In this document: piece after piece, positions 47,814-62,593 of the stretch | Layout of the letters: each line of letters starts with the position of its first letter | Position numbering within the stretch: the stretch's first letter is position 1 | Assembly: GCF_009914755.1 (NCBI RefSeq) | Contig: NC_060935.1 | Direction: 5' to 3' (one strand) | Length of the DNA stretch: 64,000 nucleotides | Source: the human T2T-CHM13v2.0 reference genome, Homo sapiens | Translations under genes and position numbers: made by a program | Notes under the pieces: generated by a model | Database searches by the model: none | What the model saw: the letters and a program-made list of their open reading frames with translations, nothing else | Told to the model about the DNA's origin: nothing

Positions 47814-50154
47814 TACTGTAGGTTTTGATGTTACTGCCTGTGCTTTGATATTGCATTGGTATTGTGTATTTAACTCTGTGCTGCCTACGATAATGACAGG
47901 TGCATAACTAATGGCAAGTAGTTTTAGAATAGAGGGAAAAATATAAGAAGTGTGGATAGAGAGAAAAAAATAAGAATTGTGGGAGGTAAAACAGCTCTTG
48001 CTTCTAATATCATAAGATTACTCCTAAATTGTGTCCTAAGGAGTGTGCCGGGAATTTGCATTCTAGTGCAACATTTTCTAATTGAAGGACTTTGGGAACC
48101 TAAAGTGAATTTGTGAAAGGTCAGTTTTTAGTTGCTCATAGCCACCTACCTTTCCTTGCTTACACCTTTATTGCTGACATTCAGCATAATGTGAAGAATA
48201 TCTAATTAAGAGTCCTTTTTGGCAAGTCACCTTTAGATTCCTATATTTTATTTGTGCCCTAACATCTATTTGAAGTGTCACCACCTTGGAACCTTGAAGG
48301 TATATGATCTTTATTATAATGGCCACTATCCAAGGAAATAAGTGTTCTAAAATAAAAGGCAGTATGACAAAAAGTATCAGGACTTCCTCCTTCCCATAAG
48401 ATCAACACTCATAACCTTCAGGGCGTATCTTTTCCTAGCCTTTATCTTCTGGCTAGAACATTAGCATAGACCCACAGCACATTTATAACTCAATTACTCA
48501 AGGCTCTTTCAGCCCGAAAGTTCTTATGCCAACATGATTTGGTGGTTTACATCTAGTCAATTAAAGTTTGAGGGGATGGGTTGATATTGAGTGAATCAGA
48601 GTTTATCTAATAATCCTTAAGAACAAATTAGAAAACCCTGCATTCATCTAAGGAGCATTTTGTTCTAGGATCACATCTCAAATGGAAAACTCCCAGGTGA
48701 TTCTGAGGGGGATGTTGTCATAGTACAATTTATTTTTGAGAGGCATGGTTGATAGAATTGAAATAACTAAGGATCACTGGCATTTTGCTAAAATAGCCAG
48801 GGGAATCAGAGAATCAAGGTAATGAGAAAAAAGATGCGTGCTTGTTTTGAATTCTAATAAGATTGCCTTTTTGTTCTAATGATTTCTATGGAGATTGCTT
48901 GAAAAAGTATATGATTCCTTTACTACAGACCTATTTTGTCTAAAGATATCAGAAAATTTATGTTATGGTATTTTTGTCTTTTAAAAATAAACAAATTTTG
49001 CTTTTAAGAAGCAAAATAAAAAGTAGCAGATGTATAGTTACATATTGACAAAGGCTGGACATATTTAGATGTGATTTTTAAACATATCTGGCTGGAAACC
49101 TTATCCTTAACTATGCTGGTATTTGATTTGATATGATATTGACCAAAATGGATCTTGAATCATCATAATTGGATAGCAGTAACTCAAAGGAGTTAACTGT
49201 GAAGTCATTCTTTGTCCTCTTCCTTCATCCCCAAAGCTGATCATTATCAAGAGTCCAAATCTTGGAACTATCCAGTGAGTTCAGTGATCTTGACACAAAC
49301 ACTGCCAAGCAGCTTAGGGCTCATTTAAACCCTTCAGACATACTCCCCAGTTTAGATTGATATTTTAATACCAAACATCATTACAGACAAGAACTACGAG
49401 TTTACTGAAGGAATCTGAAGACAAGAATGAAGAAAAAACAATCAGAAGTGACCAGCAAATAACTTTTTTAAACTGACAGTTTGTTCTTACAATTAGGCCT
49501 TGTGTATATAATGTTTAGTGATTTCATGTATACCCCAATATTAATAATGACAGCACTTTGTCATTATAACAGGAGAACAGTCCAATTATGCCTGTTTTTA
49601 TGATATTATTTTTTATGGTGACACCGTAGAAATCCCTGTGAGCATTAGAGTTATATTGAATTTCATTATGCTTAAACTGATGTGGCCATACATAATCTTA
49701 GGAAGAGTATATTCTGGCCAACTTACTAGAAATTGAGAACAATCAAGATTATATTTAAAGACTAGTAACAGTGGAAATGCCACAAAAATGATGTTTGAGG
49801 ATCTGGTTTGTGACACAAGACACACAATCAGAAAAAGATGACTAGTCATGAATAATTGTATGAAAAGAATGATGTGACATGTGTTGTGGTTTTGAGGAGT
49901 TTAGCAAAAGCAATGAACACCATGAGCTGGTCTGATTAAGAATGGTATAACAGAAGTGGGGCTTCACTGCATAGAATTCACATAACATCCAGGGGAAGAA
50001 ATAAGCAACATTCTGGGCAAAGAGGCCACTCTATGGGGAAAGACAGAGGGATAATATTCAAGGCATATACTCTAGTTGAAATATACATTTTGCTTTGGGG
50101 TTGGAGAGGAAAATAAGGCTGAAAAAATAAGAAAATCAGATAGTAGATGGGTGT

Positions 50155-50562
50155 TGTATTAGTTTACTAGGGCTGCCATAGCAAAATACCACAGATTGGA
50201 TGGCTAAAAGGGCATAGATCTAGTTTCTCAGCGTTCTGAAGTCTAGAGGTCCAAGATCAAGGTGTCAGCAGGTTTCGTTTCTTCTGAGGCTGCTTTCCTT
50301 AGCTTGCAGATGACCACTTTTTTGGGTCCTCACATGGTCTTTCCTCTGTGCATGCACATCCCAGGTGTCTCCTTTGCAAGTCCAAATTTCCTCTTCTTAT
50401 AAGTACACCATTCAGACTGGATTAGGGCCCACCCGAATGGTGTAATTTTTACTTAATTTCTTCTTTAAAGACTATCTCTCCAAGTACAGTAACATTTTGA
50501 GTTTTGGGCATATTAGGACTTAAACATATGCATTTTGGGAGGACACAATTCAGCACATAACA
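50155..50562 (-). mobile_element. MLT1B-like MaLR LTR
   Basis: 'tgtattagtttactagggctgccatagcaaaataccacag...gtccaagatcaaggtgtcagcagg...ggacacaattcagcacataaca'. Confidence 0.88.
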
Positions 50563-51244
50563 AATATGCATGTCAAGTTGATGAGGTTTCAGAGAGAGAA
50601 TTAGTGACCTGGGATCTAGCTCTATCTGGGCCATTCCTTTTCTGTGTGGCCTTTGGTGCACTGTAAAACCATTTTAATCCTACACATAAAATGAAAGAGT
50701 TGAACTGAAAATCTTTAAAGTTTTCCTAAATAAAATTTTATATTTGGGGAAATTCCCCAAAATATGAGAATAGGTCATATACCCATAAGTCATTTGCTGT
50801 CACGAATCATCTTATTTATAGGCAATTGGACCAGGAATACCTTCCAGAGCCCTGCTTTCCAAATTATTCCTAGGAACACTGGTGTATTGTGAGATATCAG
50901 CAGATATTGCCCAAAAAGAATTCTGAGGTTATAACAATTCAGGAAATTGGAGAAATTACTGTAAGGTGGGACTTCTTTGAGCCTTTCGGTAAACCAGTAC
51001 ATACCATGGAAGATAGGGAAGCATGGTACAGGTGCATTCTCCTTTTCTCCTGATGGAACATCACTGTCTTCAACCCCTACTTCTCAATTTGTACAACAAA
51101 GTTATTTTATTAGAATAGATACACTTGTTCTCTGTAGCCTTTTTTTCACTGTTCTCTGCAAAATTGGTTGCCAAGAACATTTTAAACAATTTAGGGTATG
51201 TCATTATAAGTACATTAAAAAATTCAAATAAAAATTAATCTTAC

Positions 51245-51352
51245 CTGGGGCCAAGGAGATAGGAATCCAGAACATAATAAAATATTTCAGTGGTCTCAAT
51301 TATCTTGATTGTATGTAGTATAAGACTTCTATTCTTAAAGTCATATGACAGC
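51245..51352 (-). other. Candidate 108-nt spliced exon (host transcript unknown)
   Basis: Minus strand: branch-like CTAAG, acceptor ttttctatactcttgcag|G and donor CCCCAG|gtaaga. One reading frame is open. Confidence 0.35.
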
Positions 51353-51653
51353 CTGCAAGAGTATAGAAAATTCTCCGGATGCTTAGAGGGCTCTCACATA
51401 GTCTTTCCTTGTTACTTGCTCACTCCCTTGGTTGGCATCGGGGCAGTGGGAGGGGCGGGGTCTTAACTTAGGCAAACCAGTTCTGAACCCATAGGAGCCT
51501 GATAACACAAATGACTGAATTCCTAAGCTTCCTCTTCCCCTTCCCTTGAGGGATTTGAGAGGTAGAAGGACATAATGTTTACAAATTAATTGATTTGTTC
51601 TGTGTTGGTTCTTGGACTAGTAAATGAGAATGGAACTTAAGATGGAAGAATTT

Positions 51654-51965
<312 letters not shown>

Positions 51966-52080
51966 TCAATTCCTCTTTATTGAGCTCGGCAGAAGTGCCA
52001 AACTCAGGATAACTTTGTCTTTGAAAAGTAGATAGAATATACAGTAATTCCCAAGTACATTTGAGCACGTCCTTCTCTAT

Positions 52081-52082
<2 letters not shown>

Positions 52083-52128
<46 letters not shown>
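52083..52128. repeat. (GT)23 microsatellite
   Basis: Directly visible perfect dinucleotide run. Confidence 0.97.
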
Positions 52129-52130
<2 letters not shown>

Positions 52131-52164
52131 GGGAGGAAGAGAGGGAGAGAAAATTTTCCCTTCC

Positions 52165-52475
52165 TAGATAGACTTTATTTCTTAGAGCATCTTCAGGTTC
52201 ACAGCAAAATTGAGCATACAGTACAGAATTCTCATGTATCCCCTCCCCTGCACTCCCAACACACACAGGCACAGCACAGCCTGCCAGCAATTAACATCCG
52301 CGTCAGAGTGGTATATTTGATAGACTCGTGGTTTTGTACATTCTGTGGGTTTCTTTGTAAATTTGCTTAGGTTTATTTCTTCTATCAGTTTTAACAAATA
52401 TAAAATAACACGTAGCCACCATTATAGTCTCACACAGAATAGGTTCATTGCCCTAAAATTCCTCTGTTCCGCCCC
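52165..52475 (-). mobile_element. L1MC/MD-type 3' end fragment
   Basis: 'agactttatttcttagagcatcttcaggttcacagcaaaattgagc...gtttaacaaatataaaataacacgtagccaccattatag'. Confidence 0.8.
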
Positions 52476-53439
52476 TGAGAATTCTGTTTCTGCTGGTATT
52501 TACTGGTATTGCAACTGACTCATTCTGGAAGATGCTGTTCTAAAACAACTATGGCCTATATTATTGAATAGGTAAAAGCCTTGGCTCTGCTTTATTGAAG
52601 TCAGCAAAAGGATTAAAACATTCAAAATACATGCTACTCTACTGTCTACCACAACTCTTTGACAGTGTACCATGTGTCTCACTTTATACTTTGCTAATAC
52701 ATCTCAGAGGCCGAAACACCTAATTTATCACTCACATATGTTAGGCACTTTAAAGGAAGGTTTACTTACTTTTTCTGGAATGTGGGAGTGTGCAGCCCGA
52801 AGCTACATAGAGTTTGTATGTTCTGTTTTAAAACTGAATCTCATGGAGAATTTCAGTTGGAAGAGCACAGATGCTTCACCTGAGGTGCCCACACAGAGAG
52901 ACATATGATGTGATCATGGAACATGCTGCAAGGAAATAACAGCATGAATTTCCATCTTCAAAAGTGGAGTCAGCATTTCAGTCTAGTCCTGATAAATATT
53001 AACATTTATGTACATGGGCATTTTTATTTTATATGAGTATCAAAAGAAGACAACAGCCTTCCTGAAACATACTGAAAGTATCTGCAACAGTTATAGCATA
53101 TCTTTACAAAGTTTCAATTCCAAAGTAAGAAAACCTTATGAATGAATGAGGAATATTTTTCCAGTAGAAATCAATCTTGAGTTTAAAAAGCTCAGTGAAG
53201 TAAACTTGGATGAGGACCCCTGAGAGTACTTTCCCAAGCTACATAATACTGGGTAAGATACTAACTTCTCTGAGTTTTTTTGTCTTTGCTTACAAAAAGA
53301 GGAGGTTGGACTAAATGATCTTTGCGTTTTTCTATTCTTAACACATATTTTTGAACGATGCTATGTAGAATACAAACAGTGCTTTGAACGTCTTGTCTAC
53401 GACAATTCCTCCCTTGCCTCTGTTCTCTCTCTTTCTTCT

Positions 53440-54280
53440 TTCCTGTTTTCTTACCATTCTTCCTTCTCTTTTTACAAATATTTGTGAAGTTTTTGTACCA
53501 GGTTCTGGTAATGATATTGAATGCCGACAGCACAATGACAAATAAGACAAGGACCTTGACTTTAAGGAGCTTTTTAGTTTAGTGAGAGAGACAAACAAGT
53601 GAATTGGAAATTATGATACAGTGAGAAAAGTGGTACTATAGTGATAAATACCATAGGAGGACACAAAAGGGATACCTGACCTTCTCATAGAGTTTATAAA
53701 GGGAGACAGCTAGTTTACAGCAGAATGGCCAAACCACTTATTAAAACAGTGAAACCTTTTGTCCTGGTTGATAAGTGGACTCTGCTTGTGCTCCCAAGTG
53801 CTTCTGCAGATACCTTGGCTACCCAGGTTTCTCTCCAGAGAGCTCCTTACCACACCTGGCAGTTACACTGCAACAAAGGAATTATCCCTGGACATGAAAG
53901 CCTTCCAAAATTCAGTTCTAGCACTGTAGTTTATGACCGTTCTGATTAGTCCTGGGTAACTGTGCCACAATTATTAAATGTTTTGAATATCACCCCTGGT
54001 TCATAGACTGCCTCTTGGAGAACTGGGATATAAAAAATATTAGGAGTGAAGGAGAGAAGTGTTAGAGAAGATGAAATAATATTCTACACAAAGAAATCAA
54101 TGTACACAAAGGTCCGTTGGTGAGAAAGCAGTTGGTATATTTAAGGAACTGAAAATAGTTTAGTAGAACTGTAGCAGTGAGTAGTAGGAGGGAAGTGGTG
54201 GGAGAAAATTCTAGGGAAGTGGACAGGATCCAGATAACATAATGCTTTACAGTAAAGGCTAAGTCGTTTATACTGGTATT
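53440..54280 (-). mobile_element. L2 fragments with a probable old DNA-transposon piece between them
   Basis: 'acaaatatttgtgaag...aataagacaaggaccttgactttaaggagc' (L2) and 'attaaatgttttgaatatcacccctg' (~53973-53998, hAT-like terminus). Confidence 0.5.
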
Positions 54281-54817
54281 GTTTGTGTGTTTCTGAAGAT
54301 GGCACTACTGTGTTTTAGTGGTGGTAGAAATTCTAGAAAAAATACTACAGAAAAGCTTAGATATCAGCATTGTACAGACATCTGCTACTTGTGATATGTG
54401 TACCAAAAATCGTGTTATAAGTTAGGACTGGTTACTATTCTGATACTTATTCAATTTTTTCCAGGGTGTGCTAAAAGCACCGTATCTACTTTAATACCAA
54501 ACACATTACAGTACACAACTGCTGGGTCTCTCTTCCCATTCTATTAATCATTCCAGAAAGAAAGATAGCTGGCATCTGGAAAGTAGACAATAAATTATCT
54601 TTGTATTTCAGCCATTTTGAATATGGTATTAATACCGTTTTGGGGAGTGAACTGTAAGAGCTATCTAGAATAAAGTTTGAAGACTGATCTTTTTAAGGGC
54701 CTCAATGTTAGTAGTGTGTAATGAATGTTTAATGGGTGGATAAGTTGATGAGTAAATAAATGAATGATAACCCTCAATAATCCTAACCCTCAAGTATAAG
54801 GTGGTATAAGGTGGAAT

Positions 54818-55115
<298 letters not shown>

Positions 55116-56009
55116 TTCTTCTCTTTTTTTGATATTTCCTTATCTATGGGGAAACCTTACTGACCTAACCACTCCCAGCATCTTTTTCTAATCTCTTCTG
55201 CTCCTTATTAGAAAGGGCAAGTGACTTATTGGTGAGTTTTGGAGGAATGACAAGACATGCATTGCCCAATAACTTCTCTTTATAGCTATTGGATTCAGTT
55301 GCCACAAAGGAGCAAATCATCTCTCATATTCCCTGGACATGCTTTTTGTTAGTGGGAGGGAATGGGCAGGACAACGTTAGGAGAGATTTTCCCTGTTCCA
55401 ATGCTTCCATGTCTGGGCACCCACATTTATCTGATTTTGGGGTTTGTTACTGGAATACCTGCTTGACAGGATGTATTTGTCATATTTTACAGTATCATCT
55501 TTATTAGTAATAAAGGTGATATTTTCAGCCCCATTTACTGGCTCTTACATCTTATATATCATTTGGTTTAAAAATCAGGTAGAAAATTTGAGAGCTATTT
55601 ATTGGGTCCCTCCCAAATGCCATGATGCATTATTTTCACATAAGCCATAGAAAAATATTTTCCTGCTAAATTTAGAAAAGAAATATGTTTATGCCTTAGC
55701 ATGATAGCAGATTTACTTTTTGCTTCATATAGTTGCATACATATACTTTTGTAAATGTGTAAAAATTCTGTTCAGTGATTAATGTTTTAATGGCTTCTTG
55801 TGCTTGTAAATTGTCTAATTAAAGGATCCCAAATAGAATTATTATTTTCCCAGAAAGAAGAGAGGGCTAAATATTCCTCTCCAAGTTCTCTAAAAACTTC
55901 TGTTTACAAAACATGAATGGTAACACTTGAACACATTTTTCTGTCTTTTCTGGTTTGCAAGCAAATCAGAAGTTTATGATGCTCTTTATCAATGTTAATG
56001 TTCTAATAT

Positions 56010-57360
56010 ATTCTCATATTACAAATCACAATACAAATTAAAGTTATGCAAAAAACCATAAGAAATGTTATACGAAACTATGGCAAACATTTGAGAATGT
56101 ATAGGAAATGAACTTTTTTCCTAGTTTCCATCTAAGGGAAGTGGAAATATTGATAGACTAATTGTCAAAAAGCAGAGATTGAAATGGTCATTAAGGAAAC
56201 ATCATTAAAAATGGAACCTATCTGACATATAAATAAAAGATGATTCCAATGCTGTCTAAATTCATTTTATGAATTGATTATAACTTTAATATCAGAACTT
56301 TTAGTACCACCTTATTTATCATTAACTTCTATTTTACCAATAAGTAAGTAGAAGTGGAACTAGGAAAAATTCCATTCTTTTTTTTTTCATATTTCTTTTA
56401 TTTATTTATTTATTTATTTATATTATTATTACACTTTAAGTTTTAGGGTACGTGTGCACAATGTGCAGGTTAGTTACATATGTATATATGTGCCATGCTG
56501 GTGTGCTGCACCCATTAACTCGTCATTTAGCAGAAACAGATATCTATATAGTACTTAGGAATCAGATTAACAAAGGCAATCAGGAGCATGCTAAGGAAAA
56601 CTACAAAATCTCATCGAAGCAAATAAATTTCATGAAAAATCACACATTGTTTCTGAATGGGAAAGTGTAACATCATAAAAATGACCACTCTCTCAAAGCT
56701 GTTAGGTATTTAATGCAATGACAATTTGAATTCCAATGCAATTTTTTAAAAAATTGAATTGCTTATTTTGAGGTTTATGTGTAACATTAAATGTAATAGA
56801 AAGAAAATTATGAAAATGATGAACACATATCAGGAAAATTATAAGGCCACAATAATAAATGAATATGATACTGACATAAAAACAAAAAGTAGATCGGACA
56901 AAAAGGGAATCTAGAGAATTCTGAAACAGACTTTAAAGAAAATGGTATGTAATTTAAATTATAAAATGGACAGAGGATAGAAGTAGGCAACTAACAGATG
57001 AATAATTCTACATGGCTAACAAAAATCAGAGAAGGTGATCAAGCTCAATAGTCAAAAAAGTGAATGCTGAAGAAAATATGAAAAATTACTTATTTTACCA
57101 AGCTGCCAAAATTGAAATATTCTGTGAAACCTATGTTAGCAAATATGGTGGTACAATTTTATTTATCATTGGTAGACTTTTCTAATTTTATTGTTTCCTT
57201 GGAAAACAATTGAGTACCATTTGTTTAAGAAATTTATATTTTTCTATAAAACTACCCCATTCCTAGGAATCAACCCCATAAAAATAAAAATACAGCATAT
57301 AAAATTACGGTTTGGAGACTTTATAGAATTCTTGCTCTTGGGGACAAAAAAACTAGGAAC
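56010..57360 (+). mobile_element. Decayed old L1M (L1ME-like) ORF2 fragments
   Basis: 'tacttaggaatcagattaacaaagg...aaaactacaaaat', 'tttaatgcaatgacaatttgaattccaatg', 'ccccattcctaggaatcaaccc'. Confidence 0.6.
56378..56532 (-). mobile_element. Very short 5'-truncated L1PA2/3-like 3' end with T-rich tail
   Basis: 'tttaagttttagggtacgtgtgcacaatgtgcaggttagttacatatg...cccattaactcgtcatttagca'. Confidence 0.88.
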
Positions 57361-57627
57361 ATTTAGAAGTTTACTGTTCACTGTAATTTCTAAATATTTG
57401 GAGATTTTTCAGGTATTTTTATTTTAGAACATAATTTCATCCTGTTCTAGGAAGATAATTTAAATGACTTCTATTTTTAAATTTTGCATCCCATTCCAGC
57501 AAGCATAGCTATTTTTACATTGTTGTTGTTAAGGTATATTAAGGTATGAAAGTGACTGTTACCTATTTTGGTTGAATGTTACCTGACAGCTTGGAAAGAA
57601 TGTATATGTTGCTGTTGTTAAATGAAG

Positions 57628-57905
57628 TATGGTGGCTCATGCCTGTAATCCCAGCACTTTGGGAGGCTAAGGTGGGTGCATCACTTGAGCCCAGAAGTTT
57701 GAGACCAGCCTCAGCAACACCTTGTCTCTATAAAAAATTAAACAAAATTAGCCAAGTGTCTTGGCACACCTCTAGTCCTAGCTACTCAGGAAGCTGAGGT
57801 GGAAAGATTGCTTGAGCCCAGGAGGTTGAGGCTACAGTGAGCCAAGATTACGCCCCTTCACTCCAGTCTGGCAAGAGAACAAAACCCTAATAATAATAAT
57901 AAAAT
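57628..57905 (+). mobile_element. AluJ
   Basis: 'gtggctcatgcctgtaatcccagcactttggg...gattgcttgagcccaggaggttgaggctacagtgagcc' with (TAA)n tail. Confidence 0.88.
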
Positions 57906-58377
57906 AATTAAAACATGGAGTATTCTATAAATGCCAGTGAGATTAAGTTGATAATGGTAGTGCTCTTTATAAAATTCATGTCTTTATTGCTATTTTTACC
58001 TGCTGGATCTGTCAATTATTGAAAGAGGGATGTGTATTGAAGCCTTCATCTATTATACTAAATTTGTCTCTTTCTCATTTCAGTTCTGTTTTGCCTCATG
58101 TATCTGAGCCAAGATCATGCCACTGCCCTCCAGTCTCGCAAGAAAGCTAAACCCTATCTAAAAATAATAATAATAAAATAATTAAAACATGGAGTATTCT
58201 ATAAATGCCAGTGAGATTAAGTTGATAATGATAGTGCTCTTTATAAAATTCATGCCTTATTGCTATTTTTACCTGCTGGATCTGTCAATTATTGAAAGAG
58301 GGATGTGTATTGAAGCTTCCACCTATCATACTAGATTTGTCTCTTTCTCATTTCAGTTCTGTTTTGCCTCATGTATC
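57838..58377. repeat. ~270-bp tandem duplication (57838-58104 and 58105-58377)
   Basis: Both copies run from tgagccaagat (Alu 3' end) through the tail into L1 flank, ending ttttgcctcatgtatc. Confidence 0.95.
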
Positions 58378-60017
58378 CTAAATCTCTGTTGTCAGTGAAT
58401 GCATGTTTGAGATTATGTCTTCTTGGAGAGTGAAGACTTTATCCATTATAGTATTCCTTGTTCTGAAGTCTTCTTTGTCTGAAATTAGTACAGCTAATCT
58501 AGTTTTTTCTTGGTTAGTGATAGCTTGGTATATCTTTTTCCATCCTTTTACTTTTTTACATCCTATCCATCTTTATGTTTAAAAATGTCTTCTTATGACA
58601 ACATATTTTTATTTTTTTCCATTCTAATGATCTTTGTCTTTTAGTTGATGTGTTTAGACCATTAACACATAACTGTTTACATGGTTGGGTTAATATGTGT
58701 CTATTTTGTAACTTTTCTATTTTCTATTTATTGAATTTTCTCTTTGTTTCCTTATCTTTCCCTCTTCAGCCTTCTCTGGTTTGATTTGGGCATTTATGAC
58801 TCCATTTTATCTCCTTCCTGAGCATATCATTTATCTTTTTTTGTAAAAAATTTTAGTAATTCCCCCCACAGTTTACAATACATTTATAACTAATCAAATC
58901 TCACTCTAAATAACACTAGTCTGCTTTACATGTATTGCAGGTAACTTAGAGTATTCCAGATCCCTCCCACCCATCTTTGTGATATCGTCATCAGTCATTT
59001 CCTGTATCCATATGCTGTAATCACTCGATATATTTTAACGTTTATTGACTTAAACAAATAGTTATCTTTTAGATCAATTATGAATAAGAAAAGTCAGATT
59101 ATTTTATTTTCATTTATTTCTTCTCTGAGGAACCTTTATTTTTAATGTAGATTCAAGTTTCTCAGATTCTCACTCTGAGAACCTGGTAAGTTTCTAAAGA
59201 GAAAGCCATTGAAATTATGATGACTGAGACCCCAGGAGTTAGTTTCTCACTCTTAAGCTCAGTCTCCATTATTTCCTCAAAATTACTATTTGAATGTTTC
59301 CACCATCTAACGGCTCCAGCAGCTTTTGTTCCAGGTAAGCAGATCACAGTTGTTGTATCTTTCTGGATGTGCCTGTCTTTTCAGATTCCAGAGTGGCAGT
59401 TCTCTGATAGGTTCAAACACATCATTAATTTTTACTTTGCTTCACTGTTTTCTTGTTGTAAAGACTGAATTAATGACTTACAGACTCTTTACATGACAGA
59501 GTTCTCATTGATATTTTGAAAACTGAAAAATGCAAGTTTCAATTAATTTTATAGAAAGAATTTATCTTGGAATAAAAAGGACAAAAAATGCAGAGAAAAA
59601 AATCTATATATGTGCTTGCATTTCTTTCTCTAGGAAGAATAGTGTGATTTTATGCTCACAAGGTTGTTAACACTCAGTATTTTATACAGTTGGGATAGTA
59701 AGGCAGTAGGGGAAATGATAACTTTGTTGTCGTAAATTTTTGTATCATGTTAGTTTACCTATTTCAAAAAGCATGTATTACTTCTTTAACTTGATTATTA
59801 TTTAAACAGTTGTATAGTTTGCCGGTAGCATTTATTATTTTTGTTCATGAATAATGATGACAAACCTTTAAAAGTAAGAGAACTCTAAATGCTAAGATAA
59901 GAATATGACCTTTATTTGAGAAGCCAAGAGGTGCTGCTGATGAATTTTGAGGAAAGAAATAATATAATTTGAGTTCTGCTTTTAGAAAACTTATTTAGCT
60001 GCTGTGTGTCGAATGGT

Positions 60018-60063
60018 AACCCATTTCAGAGGCTATCAGGAACCCATTTTAGAGGCTATCAGA
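60018..60063. repeat. 23-bp tandem duplication
   Basis: aacccatttcagaggctatcagg / aacccattttagaggctatcaga. Confidence 0.9.
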
Positions 60064-60089
60064 ATTGTGATAACAATGTTATTTTATAT

Positions 60090-60680
60090 TTGTTCAGTGC
60101 TTTAAAATGTTTTGAGCATTCTCACTTTTATTAACCCATTTATTTCTCAAAACTGTACTGGGATCCATGCATATAAGAGTTCTACCTTACATTTGGAAAT
60201 GTGGACACTGGCTCTAAGCAGTTACACAACATGCTTTGACCACACACTTGGTATGTTTCACAAGTAGGATGTGAAACTAGAAATTTTGCACTCTGTTCTA
60301 TCATGTTGCCTCTGCACAAAAATTAACAAAAATAGCCTTATATTTTTATGGATGTTAGAGTTTATAAAGTACTTTCCCGGGGCAATATTAAGGTTGTAAT
60401 AAAAATATAATTGAAACAATGTATACCAAATTCCAAACAAAAATATATGGGAAAGATGAATAAATGAAAAAAGTGGGAAAGGAATTAGCATATGTTTCAT
60501 CTTTAATTTTATTACATCTTTACTGAACTGTATGGTGGCTACTAAATCTGCATTTTTTAAATGAGGAAATTTAGTTTTAAGGAGGTTGAGTGACTTGCTC
60601 TAAGTCACATAGCTTTTCAAAATGCACTGCCAAAATTTGAACCCATGTTCATCTGATTCCATGTCTGATGCCATGTTGCC
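60090..60680 (-). mobile_element. MIR fragments (two)
   Basis: 'cattttttaaatgaggaaatttagttttaaggaggttgagtgacttgctctaagtcacatagc...atttgaaccca' and a similar decayed core at ~60100-60300. Confidence 0.6.
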
Positions 60681-60733
60681 TTCTGTAAATGATTGAAGTA
60701 CAAGGTCCTCTTGCCAATGAATGTATCTGTTAG

Positions 60734-61081
<348 letters not shown>

Positions 61082-61101
61082 TTAAGCTATAGGAAGAAGA
61101 G

Positions 61102-61668
<567 letters not shown>

Positions 61669-62238
61669 TTCGATAACAGGAGTGGTCCTAGCAGGCAAAC
61701 AGTAGTAGTAAATTTGGAGTTGGATCAGTTAGTTTCTTTGGCAATGAAGACCCTATCACTGATAATAGGAAGAGCACAGACAGCCCCTAGCATAAGATGA
61801 CACTCACTCTCACCAGTGGTATGCTCTGATGATGTGCCAGTAGAAGGAAATATACTTGTGGATGTGATGTATTAGGTATTTGAGAGGTATGGAGGAAATA
61901 GTAGCTAAAAGGATAATGATATTGGTGGCTGTTGTGTTATTGATGCATTATGGAGAAATGATAAGAACTGAGAAACCTGCTGTTGACAGCCAGAAGATCT
62001 TTTTGGCTGCATAAATAAGTTTCTTATCTCCATCATCAAGAGAGTGAAGAAAGCCGAGGGCTAATCCTAGGACTTAACAGAATAGATGGTCCTAAAAGAC
62101 AGTTAAATGCCTAACCAAGGCAGGCTTCTCATGTTAAGATGAAGGACCTGGATGGGAAAAATCTAGAATCCTAATATATGGGATAGAATTTATGTGAGAA
62201 TGCTCTTCAATATTTTGATACCTTAGAATCCACTGAAT

Positions 62239-62573
62239 CAGGAGTCCTCAGCCCCCAGGCCATAGACCGGTACTGATCCAGTGGCCTGTTAGGAACCGGG
62301 CCACACAGCAAAATGTGGGTAGTGAACAAGCTAGCATTAACGCCTGAGCTCTGCCTCCTGTCAGATCATCAGCAGCATTAGATTCTCATAGATTGCGAAC
62401 ACTATTTGTGAACCGCACATGTGAGGGATCTAGGTTGTGCCCTCCTTTTGAGAATCTAATACCCAATTATCTGAGATGGAACAGTTTCACCCCAAAACCA
62501 TGTCCCCTCATCCCCATCAGTCCATGGAAAACTCAGACCGGTCCCCTGGTGCTAAAAAGCTTGGGGGCTGCTA
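62239..62573 (+). mobile_element. MER1B hAT-Charlie MITE
   Basis: 'caggagtcctcagcccccaggccatagaccggtac...ctgagctctgcctcctgtcagatca...ggtcccctggtgctaaaaagcttggggg'; 8-bp TSD cactgaat/ctctgaac. Confidence 0.9.
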
Positions 62574-62593
62574 CTCTGAACCTTCTCATACAC

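Larger units (their letters stand above)
57370..59500 (-). mobile_element. Old L1M fragment (5' ORF2/ORF1-side), split by an Alu and a duplication
   Basis: 'cttggaaagaatgtatatgttgctgttgtt', 'tgtctgaaattagtacagcta...tatatctttttccatccttttacttt', 'gtgtttagaccattaacacataa'. Confidence 0.7.

Noticed and set aside
49387-49476. Short charged open frame TRTTSLLKESEDKNEEKTIRSDQQITFLN after a cag
   Set aside because: Poor polypyrimidine tract, A-rich composition and no recognisable homology.
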